A stretch of DNA of 64,000 nt from an uncultured Bacilli bacterium (GCA_910576925.1 CAJTKB010000002.1:419-64418), one strand, 5' to 3'. Shown: positions 22,196-32,304, numbered from the stretch's first letter. Numbers and translations: made by a program. The notes: generated by a model from the letters alone, not told the origin.

Positions 22196-22230
22196 AAATA
22201 CTATCAAATTGTAGTATTTTTTTATTACAT
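22196..22230. terminator. bidirectional intrinsic terminator between the convergent ferredoxin and rluB genes
   Basis: AAAATACTA-tcaaattg-TAGTATTTTTTT is a stem flanked by an A-run and a T-run. Confidence 0.55.
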
Positions 22231-22246
22231 AATATTTATAAAAGGA

Positions 22247-22984
22247 TTAATTATGTAAATTAGGATTTTCATCTTTTTTATGGTAAGAATATAGTCTCTT
22301 AACTTCTTTTAAATTAAGCTTTCTATATTCTCCACTTTTTAGATTTTTAACATCTAAAAAAGCAAAATATTCCCTTTTTAGTTTTATAACTGAATGCCCT
22401 AAAGCTTTAAAAATATTCTTAACCTCATGATTATGACCTTCTTTCAAGATCAAAGAAACATAACTAACATTACTACTAAGATCATATTTCTTAACTTTAA
22501 TATATTGAGGATAACATTTAATACCATCTATTACAATACCACCTTTTAAAGATGAAATTTCTTCTTTTGTAATCAAACCTTCAATTTTTGCATAATAACA
22601 TCTTTCTATCTCATTTCTTGGATGCATTAAGATATTAGCAAGTTCTCCATCATTTGTAAGAATTATCGCTCCTGTAGTATCATAATCAAGTCTTCCTACT
22701 GGATATATTCTTTTATCAGTATCTATTAAATCAACTACTGTCTTTCTATTTTTATCATCAACTACACTTGAAACCACACCTCTTGGTTTATTTAATAAAA
22801 AATATACTTTTTCTTCTTTTGTTATACTTTTTCCATCTACAATAATATTATCACTATACTTTGCTTTACTACCAAGTATAGCTACTTTACCATTAATTGT
22901 AACTAAACCTTTCTTTATTAATTCTTCAGCACATCTTCTAGAACAAACACCTGAATTTGCTATAATTTTTTGTACTCTCTCCAT
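22247..22984 (-). CDS. rluB: pseudouridine synthase, RsuA/RluB family, with an S4 domain
   Basis: N-terminal S4 (RVQKIIANSGVCSRR) and the catalytic VGRLDYDTTG motif. Confidence 0.85.
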   Translation of the reverse strand: MERVQKIIANSGVCSRRCAEELIKKGLVTINGKVAILGSKAKYSDNIIVDGKSITKEEKVYFLLNKPRGVVSSVVDDKNRKTVVDLIDTDKRIYPVGRLDYDTTGAIILTNDGELANILMHPRNEIERCYYAKIEGLITKEEISSLKGGIVIDGIKCYPQYIKVKKYDLSSNVSYVSLILKEGHNHEVKNIFKALGHSVIKLKREYFAFLDVKNLKSGEYRKLNLKEVKRLYSYHKKDENPNLHN

Positions 22985-23078
22985 CTAAATCACCAACCAG
23001 CTATATTATATCAAACTTAAAAATATTTTTCTATCACAAATTAAATTTAAACATAAAATACTATGAGGAGGTAAAGTT

Positions 23079-23261
23079 ATGTATAGAACATCTTATAACC
23101 CATATAATCAAAATACTATGTATAGAAGTTCCACCACTACAACTACTGCTAATCAAGGTGGATATTATGATGAAAGAGGTTTTTGGGTGCCTTTTGTAGT
23201 TGGTGGTAAGATACAGTTAGTATCTACCAATATTAAAATGTTAAATAGTTTGTATGTATAA
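23079..23261 (+). pseudogene. 5' half of a small Tyr/Gly-rich host gene, interrupted at about 23210 by prophage insertion. The last ~17 codons are prophage-derived.
   Basis: Strong RBS (GAGGAGG, 8 nt, ATG). The N-terminal sequence MYRTSYNPYNQNTMYRSSTTTTTANQGGYYDERGFWVPFVVGG would continue in frame into the 3' half at 62741. Confidence 0.45.
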
Positions 23262-23286
23262 TATTTACAAGCATTTTTACTTTTTC

Positions 23287-23501
23287 TATACATTAATATT
23301 ATCTGTACATTCAAAGTAAAGATCTGGTAGTCTTATTCCTGTATATTCTTCAAATAGTTTTGGGCTAATGTAATAACTATATTTGCCACCTGGATTTTGA
23401 ATGGCTGTTCCAAAAGGTAACAATCTTCTTTGTAGTCCTATTCTTATAAATTACTCTGTTTTTTTCATAAGCTTAGCTGCTTTTTTTACACTTAATTTCA
23501 T
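23287..23501 (-). pseudogene. 70-codon ORF interrupted by an in-frame TAA after codon 16 (MKLSVKKAAKLMKKTE*FIRIGLQRRLLPFGTAIQNPGGKYSYYISPKLFEEYTGIRLPDLYFECTDNINV)
   Basis: RBS GGAGGTG, 6 nt, then ATG. After the TAA, a protein-like reading frame continues for 53 codons. Confidence 0.3.
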
Positions 23502-23554
23502 TATCTCACCTCCTACTCTACTTAAATAAGTTTTCTCTGAATAGATTTGAAATA

Positions 23555-23980
23555 CTAAACTGTGATCTTATAATCTTTTGTTTTCTTCTCTATTAGTCTT
23601 GCATAGTTTTTAGGAGATGTTAAAACATTTTGATAAGTAGATATTTTTCTTATCTCTTCTAAAAATTCAATTTCTTTATCTGATACATATAATACCCTTT
23701 TATCTGATTTTATTATATTATCAGTACCTAAAATATAATTGATATCAACTTCAAAATAGTTAGCTATTTTTATAAGTACTTCCAATGGTATTGCTCTTTC
23801 TTCTTTTTCATAATGAGAAAGAGAAGTTTTACCTATATTTAATACTTTTGCTAATTCTCTTTGCGTTAAATTATTCTTCTTCCTTAATTCTCTTATTCTT
23901 TGCCCTATTACTGCCATATAATACCTTTTACCTTTCAATAGCATTATAATAGGTAACAATTTGGAGATTTTATAATCCAC
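23555..23980 (-). CDS. XRE-family HTH transcriptional regulator. The likely true start is the internal Met MAVIGQRIRELR.
   Basis: HTH_XRE motif LTQRELAKVLNIGKTSLSHYEKEER. Confidence 0.7.
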   Translation of the reverse strand: MDYKISKLLPIIMLLKGKRYYMAVIGQRIRELRKKNNLTQRELAKVLNIGKTSLSHYEKEERAIPLEVLIKIANYFEVDINYILGTDNIIKSDKRVLYVSDKEIEFLEEIRKISTYQNVLTSPKNYARLIEKKTKDYKITV

Positions 23981-24050
23981 GAATTGGAGAAAATATTTTT
24001 TTCAAACAAAAAACACTATCATCAAATTGATAATAGTGTTTTTTCTTTCA

Positions 24051-24422
24051 TTAACAAGTATTATGATTATTGTCAAACCATATAATATAAAAATGCTCAT
24101 TATCTCTATATCCAATAATTCTAAATTTTTCTGACAATCTCATAGATTGAATTGTAACATCCTTCGATATATTATCTGGTATCCTCATATTGTGCAAAAC
24201 CTCATATCTCATTCCACGGTCTTTTTTTATGTCTTTCCATTCTAATTTTTCAACTTTTTTAGCAAACTTTATAAATTCTTTTAATTCATTTGTATTTAAG
24301 TTATATATAGGATACTTATCATCACACATAGAAAACTTTAATGTACAGGTATTATTATCAGTACTACTATTATTTAACTTATATTTCGGTTGTTGTTTTT
24401 TTACCTTGAAACTATTCTTCAT
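24051..24422 (-). CDS. hypothetical protein, a candidate partner (toxin?) of the upstream Panacea-domain protein
   Basis: 123-aa ORF that overlaps the upstream gene by 11 bp. I recognise no motifs. Confidence 0.4.
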   Translation of the reverse strand: MKNSFKVKKQQPKYKLNNSSTDNNTCTLKFSMCDDKYPIYNLNTNELKEFIKFAKKVEKLEWKDIKKDRGMRYEVLHNMRIPDNISKDVTIQSMRLSEKFRIIGYRDNEHFYIIWFDNNHNTC

Positions 24423-24987
24423 TTAATTTTAATTTAAAAAAATCTCTCATACTTTTTTTAGAAATAATTTTAGTACACATTTCTCCAGGTTGAAAGCCAT
24501 TTCTAGCCTCGATCCAAGGCTTCTCTTGGTGTGTCATATTTTCTAAGTATTTGCCATCATAAATACCAAATGTTTCCCAAATTGAATATAAAAAATCAAC
24601 TAATTCATTGTCGAATAATGGAATTTCATCTTTTGTAGGACTATCAATTACATTAAATCCATACTTTTTATATTTATCATAAATTTCTGGATTAGCTGGT
24701 CCGTGTGCCCAAGCTTGAAAATCTTCATTAAATAATTCTTTTCCATTAATTGCCAAATAATATCCTTGAGCATAGTATAGTATTTTTTGCAATTTTAATG
24801 GAGTTATAGTACTCCCTGAATCCCTATCAACAATATTTAGAAAAAAATTAGCTACACTAAAAACGTCAATTTTGTCTCCTTTTTTCATCTTAAACACTCC
24901 CTTAAATATATATCTTCCTATTCTATTAATAGAATAGCACATTTTTTTGAAAATTAATATACCATTTTTAAACATAATGTCAAGCAC
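24412..24987 (-). CDS. Panacea-domain (DUF4065, SocA/GepA-like) phage-associated protein
   Basis: FSVANFFLN...PLKLQKILYYAQGYYLAINGKELFNEDFQAWAHGPANPEIY matches the DUF4065 consensus. The likely start is the internal MKKGDKIDVF. Confidence 0.65.
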   Translation of the reverse strand: MLDIMFKNGILIFKKMCYSINRIGRYIFKGVFKMKKGDKIDVFSVANFFLNIVDRDSGSTITPLKLQKILYYAQGYYLAINGKELFNEDFQAWAHGPANPEIYDKYKKYGFNVIDSPTKDEIPLFDNELVDFLYSIWETFGIYDGKYLENMTHQEKPWIEARNGFQPGEMCTKIISKKSMRDFFKLKLNEE

Positions 24988-25133
24988 CTCTTTTATTTTT
25001 TATTAATATTTCTTACTTTTTATATAAGTTGTCTATGCCTATTTTTCTATAAAATATATTATTTAGTATGCGCTATTATGTTAAATTCAAAACAAAAAAG
25101 AGACTAATCACATAATGCGACTAGCCTCTTTGA

Positions 25134-26018
25134 TTAATTATTACTTACTTCATATAAATAAGTTGAATATACCCAAACATCACGTCCAGCAATTTTTAAT
25201 TTAGCTGAATTAGTTGGTATATCTATTTCTTGAACAGTATAGATATTATCATTTTTAACATAGCTTGTACCACCTGTTAAAAGCTGGTCGTTTGTAGGAT
25301 TGCCATTTTTATCTACTTCTGTAAAATCACTTGTAGGTAACCAGTGATAATTCTTCACACGTTCATTATAATAATCATCATAACTATTACCTGTAAGTTC
25401 GCAACAACCAAACAAATTACTTGATAATGGACTTTTTAATATATCAACTTTGAATATACCATTGAATTTAACTTTGCTACCTTTAACTAATATCTGGTCT
25501 GGTTCATTTGTAACTTGACTTACGCTATTGCCCATTTTGCTTCTAACCATATTTAAGAACCTTTCCCAGCCCATATCTAAAGTACGATGTGGGCAATATT
25601 TATTTGCATAATCTTGATGCTTAGTTACTTTATCTATACCCCAACCATATCTTTTAAGAATACCTGCAATTAGTTCTGCTGCGTTTTCTTCTGCTTTATT
25701 AAATCTATCTCCTCCAGATTTAGAATAACAAATTTCAATAGCTATACCTTCTCTATTGCCTTTGCCATTGCCATCACCAGAATGCCAAGCATTTCTGTTT
25801 TCAGGTAAACCTTGTACTGCTTCTACATCATCTACTGCATAATGATATGATACTTGACTGCCACCTTGTGCCTGATTTTTATTCATATATTTAATCTCTG
25901 CGTCTGCTGAGGCGTCATTTGCTGTATTATGCACTACTATTCTTGTTGGTCTCATAGAATACGGACTCTTCCAACTGTATAAACTGGAACTCATTAAGTT
26001 TTGTCTTACTTTTACCAT
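25134..26018 (-). CDS. endolysin: N-acetylmuramoyl-L-alanine amidase (Amidase_2/PGRP fold) with a C-terminal cell-wall-binding domain
   Basis: IVVHNTAN...SYHYAVDD...AWHSGDG...KHQDYANKYCP are Amidase_2 zinc-site motifs. Confidence 0.85.
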   Translation of the reverse strand: MVKVRQNLMSSSLYSWKSPYSMRPTRIVVHNTANDASADAEIKYMNKNQAQGGSQVSYHYAVDDVEAVQGLPENRNAWHSGDGNGKGNREGIAIEICYSKSGGDRFNKAEENAAELIAGILKRYGWGIDKVTKHQDYANKYCPHRTLDMGWERFLNMVRSKMGNSVSQVTNEPDQILVKGSKVKFNGIFKVDILKSPLSSNLFGCCELTGNSYDDYYNERVKNYHWLPTSDFTEVDKNGNPTNDQLLTGGTSYVKNDNIYTVQEIDIPTNSAKLKIAGRDVWVYSTYLYEVSNN

Positions 26019-26020
26019 AA

Positions 26021-26290
26021 TTATTCACTCTCCTTATTTATTAAATTTCTAAATGTTTCATATAATCCTGTACTAGCTAAACCACTAAACAAGCCTGTTA
26101 AAATGACTTCTAAACTTATTTGATGAATATTTGATAAAACCGCTAATAATGTTCCTAAAATTCCCATAATTAAAGGAATAAACCTATTTACTTTATTTGA
26201 TGGTATTGCTTCTTTTATAATATAACCTACTCCCAAACAAATACCTAAAATTACTAAATTAATAAAACTTGTTAATTCATTTATATTCAC
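26021..26290 (-). CDS. holin
   Basis: 89-aa protein with two or three TM segments and a charged C-terminus, immediately upstream of the endolysin. Confidence 0.6.
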   Translation of the reverse strand: MNINELTSFINLVILGICLGVGYIIKEAIPSNKVNRFIPLIMGILGTLLAVLSNIHQISLEVILTGLFSGLASTGLYETFRNLINKESE

Positions 26291-26308
26291 AATTTATCAT
26301 CTCTCTTT

Positions 26309-26617
26309 CTATCTATGTGCCTGTTTTAACAGGTAATTTTCTATTTCACTAATAGATTCTGTAACTGGTCCGTTACAACCTTGCTCTTTAAGTCCTTTTA
26401 AACAAGCTAATTGTCCTTTTAGTAATATCGTATTTTCTTCCTTATTCGTCTTACTATCTATTTCTAATTTAGTTATCCTGGTATTAAAATTATCTAATTT
26501 ATCAACTATTTTTGTTTTATACCATTTTAATATAGCTAGAAAGAAAGTACCAATAAGACTTATTAATGCTATTGCGCTTCCTATTTGAGCTAATGTTATT
26601 TTTTCCATTTTAATCAT
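26309..26617 (-). CDS. XhlA-like lysis-associated membrane protein
   Basis: N-terminal TM plus a coiled coil. Its position before the holin matches the PBSX xhlA-xhlB-xlyA arrangement. Confidence 0.45.
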   Translation of the reverse strand: MIKMEKITLAQIGSAIALISLIGTFFLAILKWYKTKIVDKLDNFNTRITKLEIDSKTNKEENTILLKGQLACLKGLKEQGCNGPVTESISEIENYLLKQAHR

Positions 26618-26867
26618 TCCCCTCTATACCATTTTCTAATATTGCTTCATAAGTATTAATATCTAACCACGTACCCCCAAAAATCGTTTTTGAATAAGTT
26701 GGTGGATAATAATTGTTGTCTTCATCAGTAAAACCATTATCATCTTTTAACTTTAAAATATAATTTTCGTGTGCAATTAATTGTATTTGTGTGTGCTCAT
26801 TATTTTTATAATGATATCTTACTGTAACATTTTCTATAAAATTTTCTTTATCTTTATAAGTCCACAT
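26610..26867 (-). CDS. hypothetical phage protein
   Basis: 85-aa ORF in the tail-fiber/lysis region. Confidence 0.3.
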   Translation of the reverse strand: MWTYKDKENFIENVTVRYHYKNNEHTQIQLIAHENYILKLKDDNGFTDEDNNYYPPTYSKTIFGGTWLDINTYEAILENGIEGND

Positions 26868-26877
26868 TTTGATCCTC

Positions 26878-27636
26878 CTAACTAACAGTCCAACCCTTGT
26901 CTGTTGCTATTTGTATTTCTTCTTGATTAAGTTTTGTCAAATTATCTCCTAAAACTAATTTCTGTGTTCTGCAACCTGCAGAAGCAATATCATATATACT
27001 ATTAATTACATTCATTAAACTATCATAGGTTAAGTGGCTAGAAGCTGATAAGTTTAAAGCATAAGCTGTACTATTAGCTGCTGTAGTAGTAAGATAACCT
27101 TTGCCGATGTTTGGAAAACCAATAATATTTTCAAGACTTGTACAATTAGTAAACATATTGTTAATGTTAATTACTTTTTCAGCAGATAAGTTACTTAAAT
27201 TTATATCAGTTAATTTTGTGCAACCAGAAAACATTGCTATCATAGTAGTTATTTCTCTAATATCTGAATCGCTTAAATCTACACTTATTAAACTTGAACA
27301 ATCTGTAAACATATTGGCCATTGTAGTAGACTTACTTAAATCTAAACTTCTTAAATCTAAAATAGCAGCTTGCTTACAACTTCTAAACATATTACTTGTG
27401 TTTGTAGGCTTGCAAATTTTTAATATATCTTCAACTTCATCTAAACGTGAGCTACTATAAAAAAGATATGAACAATCTGCTATGTAATATTGACTTGTAT
27501 TTCCTGATTCACTAGAAATACTATTTATTTCATTATCAAACTCACTAGTTGGAATAGGTCCTGCTGTATTTTTCTTGTTTCTTATAGCAGCCGCTACATC
27601 TATTAAAAAATGTTCTAAACTATCTATTCTAGCCAT
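26878..27636 (-). CDS. BspA-type leucine-rich-repeat protein (putative tail fiber / receptor-binding component)
   Basis: Repeated CxxLxxIxLxxxxxxIxxMFxxC units, for example CSSLISVDLSDS...MFSGCTKLTDINLSNL...MFTNCTSLENI. Confidence 0.7.
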   Translation of the reverse strand: MARIDSLEHFLIDVAAAIRNKKNTAGPIPTSEFDNEINSISSESGNTSQYYIADCSYLFYSSSRLDEVEDILKICKPTNTSNMFRSCKQAAILDLRSLDLSKSTTMANMFTDCSSLISVDLSDSDIREITTMIAMFSGCTKLTDINLSNLSAEKVININNMFTNCTSLENIIGFPNIGKGYLTTTAANSTAYALNLSASSHLTYDSLMNVINSIYDIASAGCRTQKLVLGDNLTKLNQEEIQIATDKGWTVS

Positions 27637-28469
27637 CAGTAACTACCTCCCAACACTTGAACTATATTTTCATCAATATAATTGTTGCAATGTTCTTTTA
27701 TGGCATTTAGATCTTCTTCATTCCAATAGTCGATACCTCTTTGAGGAATGTATCCATCTTTACCATCTATTCCTGCTTCTCCCTGCTCTCCTTTTGGTCC
27801 AACTTCTCCTCTGTCGCCCTTCTCTCCTGGCGGGCCTTGAGGTCCTGGAATACTCTCAATATTCGCTATTTTCTCATTTAAAGATGATATATCTTTTTTG
27901 ACTTCCGTATCATCGTAATTATTTAAATCATCTAACTTTTCTTTATAATCATTTGTAAAGTCATTAGCAGATAAGTCTTTGCCTTCTACCTTCTTTACAT
28001 AGTCATCTAAGTTAATGTTTCCTAAATCAATATTGTCAATTTCTTTTTTTATCAATTCAGGTATTTCATTTAGTCTGTTATTTAATTCTTGCTGATATTG
28101 TTCTAGTTGACTAGGTGTTATCTCTTTAGAGTTTTCAGCATTTTCAATGTAAGAACCATTACTTACATAAAAGCTTTGTGGACTTGGACTAAACCTTTTT
28201 ATTAGTTCATTATCAACTATTTTATAAGCATAAACTCCTAATATTGCTTCTCCTCTTTTTTCTAAAACTTCATAAGGAAACTCACATTGATTATTAAAAA
28301 TAGTCATTTCATATGTTTTATTACTGACTGTAAATAAAGCCTTTTTCACAAAATTATCATCATATTCGGAACTAAATTCAAATAAACATTTTGAAACTTT
28401 ATGTTCCTTTTTGTTTATTACTTCTTTATCTGTTATCTCAATATTATGAGCATTAACTAATACTTTCAT
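27636..28469 (-). CDS. collagen-like repeat tail fiber protein
   Basis: GPQGPPGEKGDRGEVGPKGEQGEAGIDGKDG is a GXY tract of about 14 repeats, from a GC-richer stretch at 27750-27880. Confidence 0.7.
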   Translation of the reverse strand: MKVLVNAHNIEITDKEVINKKEHKVSKCLFEFSSEYDDNFVKKALFTVSNKTYEMTIFNNQCEFPYEVLEKRGEAILGVYAYKIVDNELIKRFSPSPQSFYVSNGSYIENAENSKEITPSQLEQYQQELNNRLNEIPELIKKEIDNIDLGNINLDDYVKKVEGKDLSANDFTNDYKEKLDDLNNYDDTEVKKDISSLNEKIANIESIPGPQGPPGEKGDRGEVGPKGEQGEAGIDGKDGYIPQRGIDYWNEEDLNAIKEHCNNYIDENIVQVLGGSY

Positions 28470-28479
28470 TTAAACACCT

Positions 28480-29220
28480 CTATATCTTTTCAAAAATAAA
28501 TATTGTTCCTTTTTTAATATTTGTGTTATCCGAACATCGTATTTTTATACTATTAATACTATCTATGTTTATTGGTATTAAAGAACTTGCTATCACTTGT
28601 CTTTGTTCTCCTGAATTAAATCTTGTACTTATTTTGTTTGATATCAATCTTCCATTTACTAGATTTAATTGGCATTCGTTATAAGAATAGCCCGTTATAG
28701 ACATTTCTGCTATATCATATCCATTAACAGCAACATAATCTGACTCTGTAGTTATTCCTTGCTGTGCTGTTGCAGTTCCAGAAGAAATTGTTCTTATACT
28801 ATATCCTGAACCAGTTAAATTATTTGGTAGTAAATATAAAATTCTATTTGCATCATATGTTCCTTTCTGAATAGTTTTTATTTTTAGACTTTCACCTTCT
28901 TCTAAAACGACATTAAAATCAATACTATCTGTATCTTCTTCTACTACATATTTCCATTTTTGAGGGATACATTCCTTTAAAGCTATAAGGCTATTATCTA
29001 TGTATGTTTTAACAACCTTATTTTCTATCGAGTTGTTACTTGTATCGCTCATTTCTGTATCAGGGGTTCCTCCAACTGCAACTCTAGAATTTTCATAATC
29101 AACAAAAAGCTTTCCATCCCCACTAACAATTAAATTTCCATCATATATATCAATGTTAGTCAAATCATCAATATTTCTTATCCTTTTAAAATTCACTTTC
29201 GACATTAATATTCCTCCCAT
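28480..29220 (-). CDS. phage tail/baseplate-associated hypothetical protein
   Basis: ORF in the distal tail module. Confidence 0.35.
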   Translation of the reverse strand: MGGILMSKVNFKRIRNIDDLTNIDIYDGNLIVSGDGKLFVDYENSRVAVGGTPDTEMSDTSNNSIENKVVKTYIDNSLIALKECIPQKWKYVVEEDTDSIDFNVVLEEGESLKIKTIQKGTYDANRILYLLPNNLTGSGYSIRTISSGTATAQQGITTESDYVAVNGYDIAEMSITGYSYNECQLNLVNGRLISNKISTRFNSGEQRQVIASSLIPINIDSINSIKIRCSDNTNIKKGTIFIFEKI

Positions 29221-29990
29221 TCAAATTGACTATTTTCATTCCAATTTATATAACTAACAACATTCCAGACATTAAAAAAAGAATTAAAAGCTTTCTCTAA
29301 TAATTCTATATTTTTGTTCCATCTTTCAATATCATTTATACTAATAGGTTTTTGTGCTAGCCCACAATCACTTTTTGCTATATTGTAATGTCCTGTTGTA
29401 GTCCATTCTTTATATATGTATCCAGCTGGTTTATAGAAAAATTCAGCTACATTATTGATGCCTTCCTCAATGTTATCTATATATTGCAAATAAGGTATCT
29501 CATTGATAATCCATTCTTTTTTATTATACTCAAGAAGCATATCTTTACTATTTTTTATTTTTATTTTCTTATATATTGTATCATTTTCGTCTATTGATAT
29601 TACTATCCCATATTTATAAGGAAGTTTATATCTTATATAATTATAATAGTTGTTGAGTTCATTATTTCTTTTTGAATACAAAAGATTGTGATAACCATTA
29701 TAGTCATAAGCGATATATTTAAAATCATTAGTTGATCTTGTTTTGTGACATATATATCCTCCATTGTCTGTAAAAACAAAACTTTTCTTCTTGCTTCCAT
29801 CATCATCAATATCTTGATAAATTTCTCGAGGAAAGCTCAAGTATAGTATTCTCTCACTTAAATCATCATCTATTTTTATATTTCTTAAATACGTTTCTGT
29901 TAAATAAAATTTATTTTTAAATTTATTATGTAGATTTTCAATTTTATTTTCTATTTCATTTAATAGTTCATAGTTTAAATATTCATTCAT
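29205..29990 (-). CDS. phage tail-associated hypothetical protein
   Basis: ORF in the distal tail module. Confidence 0.35.
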   Translation of the reverse strand: MNEYLNYELLNEIENKIENLHNKFKNKFYLTETYLRNIKIDDDLSERILYLSFPREIYQDIDDDGSKKKSFVFTDNGGYICHKTRSTNDFKYIAYDYNGYHNLLYSKRNNELNNYYNYIRYKLPYKYGIVISIDENDTIYKKIKIKNSKDMLLEYNKKEWIINEIPYLQYIDNIEEGINNVAEFFYKPAGYIYKEWTTTGHYNIAKSDCGLAQKPISINDIERWNKNIELLEKAFNSFFNVWNVVSYINWNENSQFEWEEY

Positions 29991-30115
29991 TTAAATCAAC
30001 CTCTGCATTAATTTGTTTATAACCATTATATATAACAAATCCCATTTTCTCTACTTTTTCTATATCCTCTTTTTTAACTTCTATTATTATATTTTCTTTT
30101 ATCATTTTTTGCATA

Positions 30116-31909
30116 TTAATCACCCATTCCTTCAAAACTCCCACTTAAACCACTATCAAAGGTTAAACTATGTTTCGTCATTATTACATCTTTGTACCCA
30201 AATTTAGTTTCTACAGATATGCTATCTCCTGGAACAAAACTAGGATCTCCATTATAGTTTCCTGTAACTTTATATTTTTTGTCTATATTTAAGTAGTAGT
30301 TAGCAGTATCTTGCAACCAATTATTACTAGCATTAAAATATTCTGTAAAGTCTAATGATAAAGTATCTCCTGTTTGTTTATTGTTACTAATAGTTTTTTC
30401 TAATATAGGTGGTGTATCAAAAACAAAGGCATTAAGATGTACTGTTATAACATCTCCTACATTACCAGCAAATTTAATGTAGGCTAACCAGTTATTATAA
30501 TCAATGAGCTCCGCATTTCCATTTCCACTATAGCTAAAAGATTGATTATTGTTATTTCTTGCTATTCTCTTATTAAATTTAAACCATACATATTCTTCAT
30601 TTGATGTCAAAGTATAGGCTTGATTTAATACATCTTCTTGTATAGTTGAAGTCATGTTATAATTGTCTATATCTTTAATTTTAACTTTATTTAGTATGGT
30701 TTTACTTTCGTATTTTACATCCTCTTTTAGTTCTTTTTTTGTTATAGTATCGATAGTTTCTAAATTTATAGAATCAAATACTACTCGATTATTTCTTGAA
30801 ATGCTAAATTTTCTTTGATATTTTTCTCCAACCATATATGAAAAGATAGTTTGTAAATATTTTAATAATTCTGTATGTCTTAAATGCAAATTACCTATAT
30901 TCCCAAATGATAGTTGAAAATCATAACCATATATTTTCTTTAAATACTTATTTAAATCTGTATTAGTCCAATTTGTTCCATTATGATACAAAAAAGTCCC
31001 ATCACTGATTAATGTTAAATTTACAAGTTTTGCCATCAAACTTTGACCATTAAGAGTAGTATTTCCATTTGTATCATTGCTCCAATCTTTTAAATAAAAA
31101 TATCCCATAGAAACATATTCTATTCCATTTTCTTCTGTCAAAGCCCCAATATATGGCTTTATGATACAGTCGTCAGTCAAATATTTAACAAGACCTGTAG
31201 GATTTAGTGGATTGAAAATATTTTCGTAATTACTTAAATTTATTTTACAATCATTAATTGGCGCGCTTGCAAGTAATAAATCTAACTCTTCATTTACTGT
31301 GAAAGATACTAAATCATTGCCTTCATAAATCTGCGAAACTCCAAAATCTATATTTGCTATTCTTAATCTTCTATTTGGATGCTCGATTTTATTAATTTTA
31401 ATCTCTAATGATTTTATAGTAATTTCTTCTTCAAAAATATTTTGGTATATATTTTTAGTGTTATTCTTAATTGGGATTATGAGTGTATTATTGTCCTCAA
31501 ATGTAAAAATAATATCAAAATCTTGTGAAACATTATTTTCAAAGTAAATTGTAATTCCAGAGGATAATATATTTTGATCACTGCTATTCGTTATATTTAA
31601 GGTAGCATCCTCTATATTTTCAAATGTATTCTTACTTATAAGTCCTGCATTATCACCAATTATATTGTAATTTGGAAGAATAAATCCACCATCTAATAGA
31701 GTATAATTTTCTTCTAAGCTAGCATAATTTTTAATTTTTTTAGTAGAACCTAAAAGGTTATCAGGTATACTAATTCTTTCTAGTGGAAAAGAAGTTGTAA
31801 CAATATAATTGCTCATATCTTTTTCATTATAAATCACCTCTACATAACCTTTTATTTCTCTTGTATCAGATTTTATTGCATTTTTAAAACTTTCACTTAC
31901 TGTTTCCAT
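30116..31909 (-). CDS. phage tail protein (Tal/endopeptidase-position tail tip protein)
   Basis: 597 aa, lying second after the tape measure gene. Called by position only. Confidence 0.45.
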   Translation of the reverse strand: METVSESFKNAIKSDTREIKGYVEVIYNEKDMSNYIVTTSFPLERISIPDNLLGSTKKIKNYASLEENYTLLDGGFILPNYNIIGDNAGLISKNTFENIEDATLNITNSSDQNILSSGITIYFENNVSQDFDIIFTFEDNNTLIIPIKNNTKNIYQNIFEEEITIKSLEIKINKIEHPNRRLRIANIDFGVSQIYEGNDLVSFTVNEELDLLLASAPINDCKINLSNYENIFNPLNPTGLVKYLTDDCIIKPYIGALTEENGIEYVSMGYFYLKDWSNDTNGNTTLNGQSLMAKLVNLTLISDGTFLYHNGTNWTNTDLNKYLKKIYGYDFQLSFGNIGNLHLRHTELLKYLQTIFSYMVGEKYQRKFSISRNNRVVFDSINLETIDTITKKELKEDVKYESKTILNKVKIKDIDNYNMTSTIQEDVLNQAYTLTSNEEYVWFKFNKRIARNNNNQSFSYSGNGNAELIDYNNWLAYIKFAGNVGDVITVHLNAFVFDTPPILEKTISNNKQTGDTLSLDFTEYFNASNNWLQDTANYYLNIDKKYKVTGNYNGDPSFVPGDSISVETKFGYKDVIMTKHSLTFDSGLSGSFEGMGD

Positions 31910-31919
31910 TTAAACACCT

Positions 31920-32300
31920 CTAATACTCTATAAAATTCATTGTAGTAGCACTTCTTTTAATAATTTTATAGTTTGTTGGATCAACATATTTTACTTTTCC
32001 ATCGAGTGGTCCAGCATAAACCTTTTTAACTACTCTTTTGCTATGATTGTCAGTAAATTTTAAATAAAAATAGTCTACATCATATAATGACTGTAACAAA
32101 TCTGTTTCTTCGCCAGTTAATCCTGACCAACCACACAAAACTTTTGCTCTATTTCTTCGTACTATATCTCTATGAAGATATCCCAAAGAATCTAAATGAG
32201 ATTTTTCTTCATGTGTGTATGTTGGATTATAATTATCTGATTCTACTGTTGGTAATGCAAACCAATTATTATTATCAAAACTTGCTTCTAAAAATGCCAT
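31920..32300 (-). CDS. phage distal tail-position protein
   Basis: 126-aa ORF immediately after the tape measure gene. Confidence 0.35.
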   Translation of the reverse strand: MAFLEASFDNNNWFALPTVESDNYNPTYTHEEKSHLDSLGYLHRDIVRRNRAKVLCGWSGLTGEETDLLQSLYDVDYFYLKFTDNHSKRVVKKVYAGPLDGKVKYVDPTNYKIIKRSATTMNFIEY

Positions 32301-32304
32301 TTTC

